Shown here: positions 54,289-63,379 of the stretch, in pieces | Position numbering within the stretch: position 1 is the stretch's first letter | Layout of the letters: each line of letters opens with the position of its first letter | Origin: Gemmatimonadota bacterium | GTDB taxonomy: Bacteria; Gemmatimonadota; Gemmatimonadetes; Palauibacterales; Palauibacteraceae | Direction of reading: 5' to 3' | Length of the DNA: 64,000 nt | NCBI GenBank assembly: GCA_046757885.1 | Contig: JBHHZD010000001.1 | Span: 53,587-117,586, forward strand | Made by a program: the position numbers and the translations under genes | Notes under the pieces: generated by a model | What the model was told of the DNA's origin: nothing | The model's input: only the letters and a program-made list of their open reading frames with translations | Databases searched by the model: none

Positions 54289-56043
54289 ATGCGCCGCCTG
54301 CTCGGGTACCTGCGTCCGTACCGCTGGCGGGTGGCGGCGGCCGTGCTCATGCTCATCGTCGCGTCCGCCCTGGAGCTCATCGGCCCGTGGCTGACGAAGA
54401 TCGCCATCGACGAGGCGATCCCGGCCGGCGATCGGGGCCGGCTCGCCCTGCTCGGCATCGTCTTCATCGCCTCGCTGCTGCTCGCGGCGGCGCTCGGCTA
54501 CGCCCGCACGCTCCTCACGACGTGGATCGGGCAGAAGGTCATGTACGACCTGCGGAACCGCATCTTCTCGCACCTCCAGCGCATGGACCTCGCGTTCTTC
54601 GACCGGAACCCGGTCGGGCGCCTGATGACCCGCGTGACGAGCGACGTCGAGGTCCTGAACGAGATGTTCACGGCGGGCGTCGTCACCGTGTTCGGCGATC
54701 TCTTCACGGTCGCGTTCATCGTGTCGGCGATGCTCCTGCTCGACTGGCGGCTCGCGCTCGTCACCTTCACGGTCCTCCCGCTCGTGTTCGCGGCCGCGTG
54801 GCTGTTCCGGCTCAAGGTGCGGCGCGCCTACCGCGACATCCGGGTCCGGCTCGCCCGCATCAACGCGTACCTGCAGGAGCGGATCACGGGGATGGCGATC
54901 CTGCAACTGTTCGGACAGGAGGAGCCGAGCCACGAGCGCTTCCGCCGCATCAACGACGACCATCTCCGGGCCCACCTGCGGTCGATCACCTACTACGCCC
55001 TGTTCTTCCCGGTCATCGAGCTGCTCGCCGCCGTCGCCCTCGCCCTCATCATCACGTGGGGCGGGCAGGCCGCCCTGGGGGGGACGATGACGATCGGCGT
55101 CATCGCGGCGTTCCTCCAGTACGCGCGCCGGTTCTTCCGCCCGATCCAGGACCTGTCCGAGAAGTACAACATCCTCCAGGGCGCGATGGCCAGCTCGGAG
55201 CGGATCTTCCGCCTGCTGGACGAGGAGCCCGCCATCCGCGACGGTCCGGGCGCCGACCTCGCCTCCGCCGGCGCGGCCGGACGGATCGAGTTCGACGACG
55301 TGTGGTTCCGCTACGACGTCCCCTCCGCGGAGGGCGATGCCGACTGGGTCCTGCGTCGGATCTCGTTCGCGGTCGAGCCGGGCCGCCGGGTCGCGATCGT
55401 CGGGGCGACGGGGGCGGGCAAGTCCACGATCATCAGCCTCCTGATGCGCTTCTACGAGCCGCAGCGCGGGCGCATCCTGCTGGACGGAGTCGACATCCGG
55501 ACGCTTCCCCTCGACCGGCTGCGGGCCCGCATGGGTCTCGTCCTCCAGGACGTGTATCTCTTCTCGGGCAGCGTGCGCCGCAACATCGACCTCGGCCGCG
55601 ACGAGGTCACGCCGGAGCGCGCGCGCGACGCGGCCCGCCGGGTCGGGGTGGAGCCGTACATCGAGCGCCTTCCCGACGGCTGGGACCAGCCGGTCGGTGA
55701 GCGCGGCGGCAGCCTGAGCGTGGGCGAGCGCCAGCTCCTGAGCTTCGCCCGTGCCCTCGCGGCGGATCCGGACATCCTTCTGCTCGACGAGGCCACGAGC
55801 TCGGTGGACTCGGAGATCGAGGCGCAGATCGAGAGGGCGCTGGAGGAGCTGATGGCGGGTCGCACGAGCCTCGTCGTCGCCCATCGCCTGTCCACGATCC
55901 GGAACGCGGACCGCATCCTCGTCGTCCATCACGGGGAGATCCGAGAGACCGGGTCCCACGAGGAGCTTCTGGCGCTCGGCGGCATCTACTCTCGCCTGCA
56001 CCGCCTCCAGTTCGACCGCGGCGAGGCGTCGACGGCGGCATGA
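54289..56043 (+). CDS. ABC exporter, fused permease/ATPase (MsbA/type I exporter family)
   Basis: Six-TM domain plus NBD with GATGAGKST, LSVGERQ and LLLDEAT. The N-terminus has no canonical start further upstream in frame. Confidence 0.85.
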   Translation: MRRLLGYLRPYRWRVAAAVLMLIVASALELIGPWLTKIAIDEAIPAGDRGRLALLGIVFIASLLLAAALGYARTLLTTWIGQKVMYDLRNRIFSHLQRMDLAFFDRNPVGRLMTRVTSDVEVLNEMFTAGVVTVFGDLFTVAFIVSAMLLLDWRLALVTFTVLPLVFAAAWLFRLKVRRAYRDIRVRLARINAYLQERITGMAILQLFGQEEPSHERFRRINDDHLRAHLRSITYYALFFPVIELLAAVALALIITWGGQAALGGTMTIGVIAAFLQYARRFFRPIQDLSEKYNILQGAMASSERIFRLLDEEPAIRDGPGADLASAGAAGRIEFDDVWFRYDVPSAEGDADWVLRRISFAVEPGRRVAIVGATGAGKSTIISLLMRFYEPQRGRILLDGVDIRTLPLDRLRARMGLVLQDVYLFSGSVRRNIDLGRDEVTPERARDAARRVGVEPYIERLPDGWDQPVGERGGSLSVGERQLLSFARALAADPDILLLDEATSSVDSEIEAQIERALEELMAGRTSLVVAHRLSTIRNADRILVVHHGEIRETGSHEELLALGGIYSRLHRLQFDRGEASTAA

Positions 56044-56261
56044 AGAGCCTGCTCGACCTCGTGACCGGGATGGACACCCGCTGGCTCCTGGTCATCCTGC
56101 TCGCGGCCCTGGACATCTGGGCCATCGGGCTCATCGTGCGGGCCTCCGCCCCGCGGCGGGACAAGCTCTGGTGGGGAGGGATCGTGGTCCTCTGCCCCAT
56201 CATCGGCTGCCTGTTCTGGTACGTGCTGGGCCCGAAGCCGGACCTGCGCGACACCGCCTGA
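56040..56261 (+). CDS. PLDc_N-family small membrane protein (cardiolipin-synthase N-terminal-like domain)
   Basis: 73 aa with two TM helices and the WWGGIVVLCPIIGCLFWYVLGPK pattern. The ATG overlaps the ABC exporter stop. Confidence 0.6.
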   Translation: MKSLLDLVTGMDTRWLLVILLAALDIWAIGLIVRASAPRRDKLWWGGIVVLCPIIGCLFWYVLGPKPDLRDTA

Positions 56262-56321
56262 GCGGGTGGCGTGCCGGCGGCGGCTGGCCGGAGCGGCGGG
56301 CGCGCCGTTAATTCCCCCTCG

Positions 56322-57410
56322 ATGCGATACCTGGGCAACAAGACGCGGCTCGTCCCGTTCCTCCTCGGAGCGGTGGAGAGGATCGGGATCCGGCCGGGCG
56401 TGGCCTGCGATCCGTTCGCCGGCACGGCGAGCGTGGGACGCGCGCTCAAGCGGGCCGGATGGCAGGTGCACTGCGGCGACCTCATGGCCCTCTCCTACGC
56501 CCTGCAGGTGGCCCGGGTCGAGCTCGACCGGAGCCCGCGCTTCCCCTCCTCCCTTCTGCCGGATGGCCGCCCCGCCCGCGGACGCGTCGGCTACCCCACG
56601 TTCCTTCGCCGCCTGGGGCACCTCCCGCCCGGTGACGGCTTCCTGGCCGCGAACTTCGCCCCTTCCGAGAACGGGAGCGGGCGCGAGGGGCGGATGTACT
56701 TCACGCCGGCCAACGCGCGCCGCATCGACGCGATCCGGGACCGGATCGGCCGCTGGACGGCCGAGGGCGCGCTCGACCGGCCGCGGGTCCAGCTCCTGCT
56801 CGCCACCCTGATCCTCGCGGCGGACCGGGTCGCGAACACGACCGGGGTGTATGCCTCCTACGTGAAGACCTGGCAGCCCAACGCGCGCCGCCCGCTGGAT
56901 CTGCGGCCCATTCACCCGACCCGGCCACCCTCCGGCGCGGCGGGCCCCGGCACGGCCTTCCGGGGAGACGCCCGCGACCTCGTCGCCCGAGTGGGCACGA
57001 TCGATCTCCTGTACCTGGATCCCCCGTACAACCAGCGCCAGTACCCGGCGTACTACCACGTGCCGGAGCTTCTGGCCGTCGGGTGGGACCCGCCTCCGTT
57101 GCTGCGGGGCAAGACGGGCCTCATCCCGGACGGCGACCGGCGGTCCGCCTGGTGCCGGAGCGGAGCCTGCGAGGAGGCCCTGCGAGACCTGCTCGACGCG
57201 GCCGACGCGCGCCACGTCCTCCTGAGCTACAACGACGAGGGACTGATGCCCCCGGGGAGGATCGAGGAGATCCTTCGCGCGCGGGCCGAGGCCGACAGCT
57301 ACCGTCGTTTCACCCGCCCGTACCGGCGCTACCGGAGCGACGCGGACGGCCCCGGGCGGACGTATGTGCGGGACCGGGTCCGCGAGGCCCTGCACTACGT
57401 CCGATGCTGA
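56322..57410 (+). CDS. Dam-family (D12 class) DNA N6-adenine methyltransferase, apparently orphan
   Basis: MRYLGNKTRLVPFLL...CDPFAGTASV is the AdoMet-binding N-terminal motif block. The catalytic DPPY is present (LLYLDPPYNQRQ). There is no adjacent endonuclease-like ORF. Confidence 0.8.
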   Translation: MRYLGNKTRLVPFLLGAVERIGIRPGVACDPFAGTASVGRALKRAGWQVHCGDLMALSYALQVARVELDRSPRFPSSLLPDGRPARGRVGYPTFLRRLGHLPPGDGFLAANFAPSENGSGREGRMYFTPANARRIDAIRDRIGRWTAEGALDRPRVQLLLATLILAADRVANTTGVYASYVKTWQPNARRPLDLRPIHPTRPPSGAAGPGTAFRGDARDLVARVGTIDLLYLDPPYNQRQYPAYYHVPELLAVGWDPPPLLRGKTGLIPDGDRRSAWCRSGACEEALRDLLDAADARHVLLSYNDEGLMPPGRIEEILRARAEADSYRRFTRPYRRYRSDADGPGRTYVRDRVREALHYVRC

Positions 57411-58495
57411 GCCGGCGCGGACCCCATCGGCGGCTCCCGGCCGTGGGGCTCGCCGCGTCGCTCGCCGCCTGCTCGCCGGGCTACGTGGCCCGGGCCGGCT
57501 GGGAGGAGGCGAAGATCCTCCGCGTCCGGCGCCCGATTCAGGAGGTCGTGCACGACACGGCCGTGGACGCGGTCACCCGCGCGAAGCTGCGTCTCGTGCA
57601 GGATGCGCGCGCCTTCGCCGAGCTGGAGCTCGGCCTCGACGCGGGGCGGAGCTTCCTGAGCTATGCGCCGGTCGAGCGCGACACGCTTCTCCTCGTCGTC
57701 TCCGCGGCCCCGGAGTTCCGGCTCGAATGGAAGACGTGGTGGTTCCCCATCGTGGGGCGCGTTCCCTACCGCGGCTACTTCGACTTCGAGGCGGCGCACC
57801 GGGCGGCCGACCGGCTCGCGGCGGACGGGTGGGACACGTACGTCCGCCCCACGACGGCGTTCAGCACGCTCGGGTGGCTTCCGGACCCTCTCCTGTCCAC
57901 CGTTCTCGCGGCGGACAGCATTACGCTCGTCGAGACGGTCATCCACGAGATCACGCACACGACGTTCTTCCCTTCCGGCCAGGCCCACTTCAACGAGAGC
58001 TTCGCGAATTTCGTGGGCTACCGCGGGGCCATCGAGTTCTTCTGCGGCGCCCTGGCGGCGCCCGACCTGTGCGGGAGCGCCCGGGACCGCTGGCACGACG
58101 TGCTCGAGTTCGGCCGATTCTTCCAGTCCATCGTCGAGCCCCTCGAGGCCCTGTACTCGGATGCCTCCGCCGACGAGGCCGCGCTCCGGGCGGGCAAGAG
58201 AGAGATCCTCGAGGACGCGGCCCGCCGGTGGCGCGAGGACGTGAAGCCCCGGCTCCGCTCGGGCGAGTACGGAGACCTGGATCCGGCGGATCTCAACAAC
58301 GCCTGGCTCCTGTCCCGGATCCTGTATTACACGCGGCTCGATGACTTCGAGACCCTGCTCGGAGAGGCCGGCGGCCTGCGCCCGGCCGTAGCCGAGCTCA
58401 TCGCGGCGGCCGGGGATCGGGATCCGTGGGACGCCCTGGACGGACTCGTCGCGGGCCCGGCCGGTCCCCGTGCGGGCGGCGAAGAGGGTCGATAG
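57404..58495 (+). CDS. Predicted zinc aminopeptidase lipoprotein (COG4324-like)
   Basis: Lipoprotein signal LAASLAAC|S. It has a HExxH-like VIHEITH plus a downstream E. It overlaps the MTase stop by 7 nt. Confidence 0.65.
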   Translation: MLSRRGPHRRLPAVGLAASLAACSPGYVARAGWEEAKILRVRRPIQEVVHDTAVDAVTRAKLRLVQDARAFAELELGLDAGRSFLSYAPVERDTLLLVVSAAPEFRLEWKTWWFPIVGRVPYRGYFDFEAAHRAADRLAADGWDTYVRPTTAFSTLGWLPDPLLSTVLAADSITLVETVIHEITHTTFFPSGQAHFNESFANFVGYRGAIEFFCGALAAPDLCGSARDRWHDVLEFGRFFQSIVEPLEALYSDASADEAALRAGKREILEDAARRWREDVKPRLRSGEYGDLDPADLNNAWLLSRILYYTRLDDFETLLGEAGGLRPAVAELIAAAGDRDPWDALDGLVAGPAGPRAGGEEGR

Positions 58496-58505
58496 CTTCC
58501 GCGCC

Positions 58506-59378
58506 ATGTACGAGCGGATCTTCATCGGCGTCGATTTCTCGGAGGACTCGCTGGCCGCGGTCCGCTGGACCGCCTCTCGCTTCCCGGAGGCCGAGCTCAC
58601 GCTGTTCCACGCCGTGGAGCCGCCGGCGGCGCCGAACTACGCGCTCCGCTCGCTGGACGGGGGAGAGGACCTGGCCCGCGAGAAGGAGCACGACGCGCGC
58701 GCGAACCTGGAGCACGCGAGGGACGAGTGCGCGCCGGGGGCCCGGCTCGAGATCTGCCCCGGCTGGCCGCCGCGCGAGCTGAACCGGGCCGCCGTCGCCG
58801 CCGGCGCCGAGCTCATGGTCGTCGCGGCGCATCCCGTGCGCGCGGGGCCGTCGGACGAGACCGGCGAGACCTGCGTCGCGATCGTGAAGAAGGCCACGAT
58901 CCCGGTCCTCGTTTGGCGTCCCACCCGCCGCGATCGGGACCACACGATCCTGGCCGCCGTGGACCTGCGGGAGGGCAGCGTCCCCATCGCGGCGACCGCC
59001 GCCCGGTTCGCGGAGCACTTCGACACGCGCCTCGTCCTGTTCCACGTCCTCCCGAGCGGTCTCCAGCCCTACGTGCGCGCGGTGAGCACGCCCGCCAAGG
59101 CCGAGGAGACCCAGCGGTCCCTGGAGCAGGCCGCGCGCCTCGCGGCCCTGGAGCGCCTGCCCGAGGCGCTCCGCGACTCGCCCCGCGTGCACGTGCGGAT
59201 CGGCCGCGGGAAGCCGATCACCGGCCAGATCATCGAGGCCGCCGAGCACGAGGCCGCCGATCTCATCGTGGCGGGGAAGAACCACGCGCCCGCGTTCACG
59301 GGCCGTGTCCTTCTCGGCAACATCACGGGCAAGCTCGTGCGCTGGTCCGCTTCCTCCGTCCTCGTCGTGCCCGTCTGA
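58506..59378 (+). CDS. Universal stress protein (tandem UspA domains)
   Basis: Two Usp modules (IFIGVDFSEDS...; ILAAVDLREGS...) with a C-terminal G..GS..V ATP-motif remnant. Confidence 0.75.
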   Translation: MYERIFIGVDFSEDSLAAVRWTASRFPEAELTLFHAVEPPAAPNYALRSLDGGEDLAREKEHDARANLEHARDECAPGARLEICPGWPPRELNRAAVAAGAELMVVAAHPVRAGPSDETGETCVAIVKKATIPVLVWRPTRRDRDHTILAAVDLREGSVPIAATAARFAEHFDTRLVLFHVLPSGLQPYVRAVSTPAKAEETQRSLEQAARLAALERLPEALRDSPRVHVRIGRGKPITGQIIEAAEHEAADLIVAGKNHAPAFTGRVLLGNITGKLVRWSASSVLVVPV

Positions 59379-59391
59379 TGGAGGCGAGACC

Positions 59392-59709
59392 GTGACGACC
59401 GGGGGTGGAGGATCGGAGGCCGGGGGCGGAGGGTTCCGCTGCACGCGCTGTGAGCGGGCGGACGGGAGCCCCCTGGGGAGCCCCCCGTTTCCCGACGAGC
59501 TCGGGTCCCGCATCGGGTCCGAGATCTGCGCCGATTGCTGGGAGGCGTGGAAGAAGCAGCAGATGCTCCTCATCAACCACTACGGGCTGAACGTGCGGGA
59601 CGCGAACGCCCGGGCGTTCCTTCTCTCGAACCTGCGCGCCTTCCTGTTCGGGGAGGGGGGTGCGAGCGCGCAGATCGATCCGAGCGAGGAGGGGACGATC
59701 CACTGGTAG
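59392..59709 (+). CDS. yggX: Fe(II)-trafficking / oxidative-damage protection protein YggX family, with a Gly-rich N-terminal extension
   Basis: FRCTRCERADG...PFPDELGSRIGSEICADCWEAWKKQQMLLINHYGLN is colinear with E. coli YggX. GTG start at about 59392 (alternative ATG at 59378). Confidence 0.7.
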   Translation: MTTGGGGSEAGGGGFRCTRCERADGSPLGSPPFPDELGSRIGSEICADCWEAWKKQQMLLINHYGLNVRDANARAFLLSNLRAFLFGEGGASAQIDPSEEGTIHW

Positions 59710-59727
59710 GCGGGGCGGCGGCCCGGC

Positions 59728-60642
59728 TCAGTCCGTCGGGCCGCTCCACGGGCCGTAGTCCGCCTTCGTCGCGACCTCGATCCGATTCCCGAGACCGATC
59801 TTCGCCCGGTACAGGGCCTTGTCGGCGGCATCCAGCAGGTCTCCCATGCTGTTCATGGCCGGATCGTAGGTCGCGATCCCGGCGCTCAGCGTGAGCCGGT
59901 CGCCCAGGGGGAGGTTCGCTTTCGCCACGGCCGCCCGGATCCGCTCCGCGAACACGAGCGCCCCGCCACCGTCCTCGCTCGCGAGCAGGGTGAGGAACTC
60001 GTCGCCGCCGTACCGGCTGCTCACGTTGTTCGCGCGGGTGTTCCGGGCCAGGATGTCCGCGATGAGGCGCAGCACGTCGTCGCCGGCCCGGTGGCCGTGC
60101 CGGTCGTTGTACTCCTTGAACCCGTCCGCGTCGAACAGGACGAGCGAGAGATACTGGCCGCGGCGGGCCGCGGCGAAGTTCTTGCCGAGGAAGTAGTCCA
60201 GCACGCGTCGGTTCGGCAGGCCGGTGAGCGGATCGACGTACGCGAGCTCGAGCGCCCGCTCCTTCTCCCGTCGCAGGAGCTCGCTCACGATCCCCACGCC
60301 GCTGCTCACCGCGATGAGCACGACGGCGATGGCCCCGGAGACGCGCCAGTCCACGCCCCGGCCGGTCGTGGCGACCGTGACCGCGTCGAGGCCGATGAGC
60401 AGCGCCATTCCGCCCGCGAGGCCGATCGCCGCACCCCCCCAGCCCTTGTGGTAGGCCAGAAGGAAGCAGGGGATGAGCGCGAGCAGCCACACGAGGGAGG
60501 AGTAGAGCTCGAGCGACTCGGGCCAGACGAGCGAGGCGAGTCCCGCCACGAGGAGGGCGAGGACGCTGATGGCGAGGGCGCGGGGGGGAACCCGGCGGTC
60601 CAGGCCGGGAAGCTGCCCGTGGATCGCCTCGCGAGCCGTCAA
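59728..60642 (-). CDS. Membrane-anchored diguanylate cyclase (GGDEF domain)
   Basis: N-terminal multi-TM sensor region. GGDEF domain with RYGGDEF and an RxxD I-site-like (RHGHRAGD). Confidence 0.85.
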   Translation of the reverse strand: MTAREAIHGQLPGLDRRVPPRALAISVLALLVAGLASLVWPESLELYSSLVWLLALIPCFLLAYHKGWGGAAIGLAGGMALLIGLDAVTVATTGRGVDWRVSGAIAVVLIAVSSGVGIVSELLRREKERALELAYVDPLTGLPNRRVLDYFLGKNFAAARRGQYLSLVLFDADGFKEYNDRHGHRAGDDVLRLIADILARNTRANNVSSRYGGDEFLTLLASEDGGGALVFAERIRAAVAKANLPLGDRLTLSAGIATYDPAMNSMGDLLDAADKALYRAKIGLGNRIEVATKADYGPWSGPTD

Positions 60643-60706
60643 ACCGCCCTCCCGCTGGAGGAATGGAGCCCCGACGTCGAAGTCTCGGCTGCCGCCGGGC
60701 CGCCCG

Positions 60707-63205
60707 TCAAGTGCCGGTGACGAGGTTCAGGAGCCGATCGGGGACGTGCACGGTCTTCCGGATCTCCCGGTCGGCGACGTGCCGGCGCACGTTCTCGTCG
60801 GCCAGCGCGGCCTCCCGCACCTCTTCCTCCGAGGCGCCCCGCTCCACCGTGATCGTCGCCCGGAGCCGGCCATCCACCTGCACGGGGATCTCGACCGTGG
60901 CCGCGTGCAGGAGGGCCTCGTCGTACTCCGGCCACCGTGCCCCGTCGAACAGGCTCGGCGCCCCCCCGATCCGCGCCCACATCTCCTCCGCCAGGTGCGG
61001 CGCGATGGGCCCGAGCATCACGACGAACGGCCGGATCTCGTCCAGGGTCGGCGTTCGTCCGCCCGCCCGCGCGGCGTTCAGGTACTCCATGAGAGCCGCG
61101 ATCGCGGTGTTGAACGACAGCCGTTCGAAGTCGTCCGTGACCTGCCGGATCGTGCGTTGGAGCTTGCGCCGGACCTCCGGATCCGGGCGGCCGGTCTCGC
61201 CGGCCTCCGCCGCCGACTCGACGGCTTCCCAGGCCCGGGCCAGGAAGCGCTGCGGACCCATGATGCTCTCGTCCCGGAAGTCCCCGCCCTCCTCGTAGGG
61301 TCCCAGGAACATCAGGTACGTGCGGAAGGTGTCCGCCCCGAAGCGCTCGATGTACTCGTCCGGAATCACGACGTTGCCGCGCGACTTAGACATCTTCGCC
61401 CCGTTGCGGATCAGGAGGCCGTGCTTGCGGAAGCGGAGATACGGCTCCTCGAACTCCAGGGCCCCGAGATCGTGCAGCACCATCGTGATGAACCGGGAGT
61501 ACAGGAGGTGCAGGACCGCGTGCTCCTCGCCTCCGATGTACGTGTCCACGGGGAGCCACTTGCGGGTCCGCTCGGGATCGAAGGCCACCCCGTGCCGGTC
61601 CGTGCTCGGATAGCGCAGGAAGTACCACGCGCTGTCCAGAAAGGTGTCCGAGACGTCCGTCTCCCGACGCCCTTCCCCGCCACACGCCGGGCACGGGGCG
61701 CGGAGGAACGCCTCGTCCCGCGCCAGGGGAGCCCGACCCGATTCGTCCGGCTTGAAGTCCTCCAGGTAGGGCAGCTCGACCGGAAGATCCTCCTCCGGCA
61801 CGGGGACGACGCCGCACGCCTCGCAGTAGATGATGGGAATCGGCGGCCCCCAGTAGCGCTGTCGCGAGATGCACCAGTCGTGCAGGCGGTACTGGACGGC
61901 GGGCGCCCCGAGTCCGCTTTCGGCCAGCCAGCTCACGATCTCCTCGCCTCCCCGGACGGCGGACAGCCCGCTGAACCGATCCGAGTTGATGAGGATCTCG
62001 TCTTCCGAGTGCTCGACGAAGGCGGACTCCCCCGCTCTGGCCGGAACGGCCGAGAGATCCGCCACCGCCTCGACGGCGAACCGCGGCGCGACCACGGGCC
62101 GGATCGGGAGCCCGAACGCGCTCGCGAACTCGAAGTCGCGCTCGTCGTGGGCCGGCACGGCCATGATCGCGCCCGTGCCGTACTCCATGAGCACGTAGTC
62201 CGCGATCCACACGGGCACGCGCTCGCCCGTCGCCGGATTCCACGCGTAGCCGCCCGTGAACGTCCCCGTCTTCCCCTTCTCGGCCTTGCGCCGCTCCACC
62301 AGGTCGAGGGCGGCCGTGGCCGAGCGGTACGCCTCGACGGCCTCTCGCCGCTCCGGCGCCGTGAGCGCATCGACCAGGGGATGCTCCGGCGCGAGGACCA
62401 TGAACGTCGCCCCGAACACCGTGTCCGGCCGGGTCGTGAACACCTCGATGCACGGGCCCGCGGGCGCGGTCCCGTCGCCCTCGCGACCACCCGGCCTCTC
62501 CTCCTCCAGCCGGAACCGGAGCGTGGCCCCCTCGGAGCGGCCGATCCAGTTCCTCTGCGCCGTGCGCGTCGTCTCCGACCAGTCGATCCAGTCCAGGTTC
62601 GCCAGCAGGCGAGGCGCGTACTCCGTGATGCGGAAGAACCACTGGCTGAGGAGCCGCTGGCCCACGGGCGAGTCGCAGCGCTCGCACAGGCCGGCGATGA
62701 CCTGCTCGTTCGCGAGCACCGTGCGGCACGACGGACACCAGTTGACCGGCGCCTCCTTCTTCTCCGCCAGCCCGGCCTTGAAGAGCTGGAGGAAGATCCA
62801 CTGCGTCCACCGGTAGTAGTCGGGATCGGTCGTCTCGACCGTGTGTGACCAGTCGTACATGATCCCCGCGCGGCGGAGCTGCCGGGTGAAGTTCCGGATG
62901 TTGGCCGGGATCAGGTCCAGCGGGTGGGCATCCACCTTCAGGGCGTAGTTCTCCGAGTGGATGCCGAACGCGTCGAACCCGATGGGCTGGAAGACGTCCT
63001 CGCCCCGCAGGCGCCGGTAGCGACCGTGGAAGTCCGCGCCCGTGAACGCGTACAGGTTCCCCACGTGGAGGCCTTCCGCGGACGGGTACGGGAACATCAT
63101 CAGGTTGTAGTAGGGCCGCCCGGCGCCCTCGAGGTCCGGCTCGTTCGTCCGGTTCTCCTCCCAGAACGCCTGCCACTTCGCTTCGATGTCCTGCGGATCG
63201 TACAT
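60707..63205 (-). CDS. leuS: Leucine--tRNA ligase
   Basis: HVGNLYAF (HIGH-like), the CP1 editing domain and KMSKS are all present. 832 aa. Confidence 0.95.
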   Translation of the reverse strand: MYDPQDIEAKWQAFWEENRTNEPDLEGAGRPYYNLMMFPYPSAEGLHVGNLYAFTGADFHGRYRRLRGEDVFQPIGFDAFGIHSENYALKVDAHPLDLIPANIRNFTRQLRRAGIMYDWSHTVETTDPDYYRWTQWIFLQLFKAGLAEKKEAPVNWCPSCRTVLANEQVIAGLCERCDSPVGQRLLSQWFFRITEYAPRLLANLDWIDWSETTRTAQRNWIGRSEGATLRFRLEEERPGGREGDGTAPAGPCIEVFTTRPDTVFGATFMVLAPEHPLVDALTAPERREAVEAYRSATAALDLVERRKAEKGKTGTFTGGYAWNPATGERVPVWIADYVLMEYGTGAIMAVPAHDERDFEFASAFGLPIRPVVAPRFAVEAVADLSAVPARAGESAFVEHSEDEILINSDRFSGLSAVRGGEEIVSWLAESGLGAPAVQYRLHDWCISRQRYWGPPIPIIYCEACGVVPVPEEDLPVELPYLEDFKPDESGRAPLARDEAFLRAPCPACGGEGRRETDVSDTFLDSAWYFLRYPSTDRHGVAFDPERTRKWLPVDTYIGGEEHAVLHLLYSRFITMVLHDLGALEFEEPYLRFRKHGLLIRNGAKMSKSRGNVVIPDEYIERFGADTFRTYLMFLGPYEEGGDFRDESIMGPQRFLARAWEAVESAAEAGETGRPDPEVRRKLQRTIRQVTDDFERLSFNTAIAALMEYLNAARAGGRTPTLDEIRPFVVMLGPIAPHLAEEMWARIGGAPSLFDGARWPEYDEALLHAATVEIPVQVDGRLRATITVERGASEEEVREAALADENVRRHVADREIRKTVHVPDRLLNLVTGT

Positions 63206-63379
63206 GCGCGCCGTCGGTCTGCGATGAACAGAGGACCGGGCCGCGCCCGGACGGCGCGGCGGGGCGGCGAGCCGTGCTCGCGGCGCGGAATAATGGCGCC
63301 TGAGTCCCGGGCCGACAACCGGACCGGAGGCTCCGGGGAGACCGGCCGGCCACCGTCGCGCGCCGGCCGGGCGTCCGTC

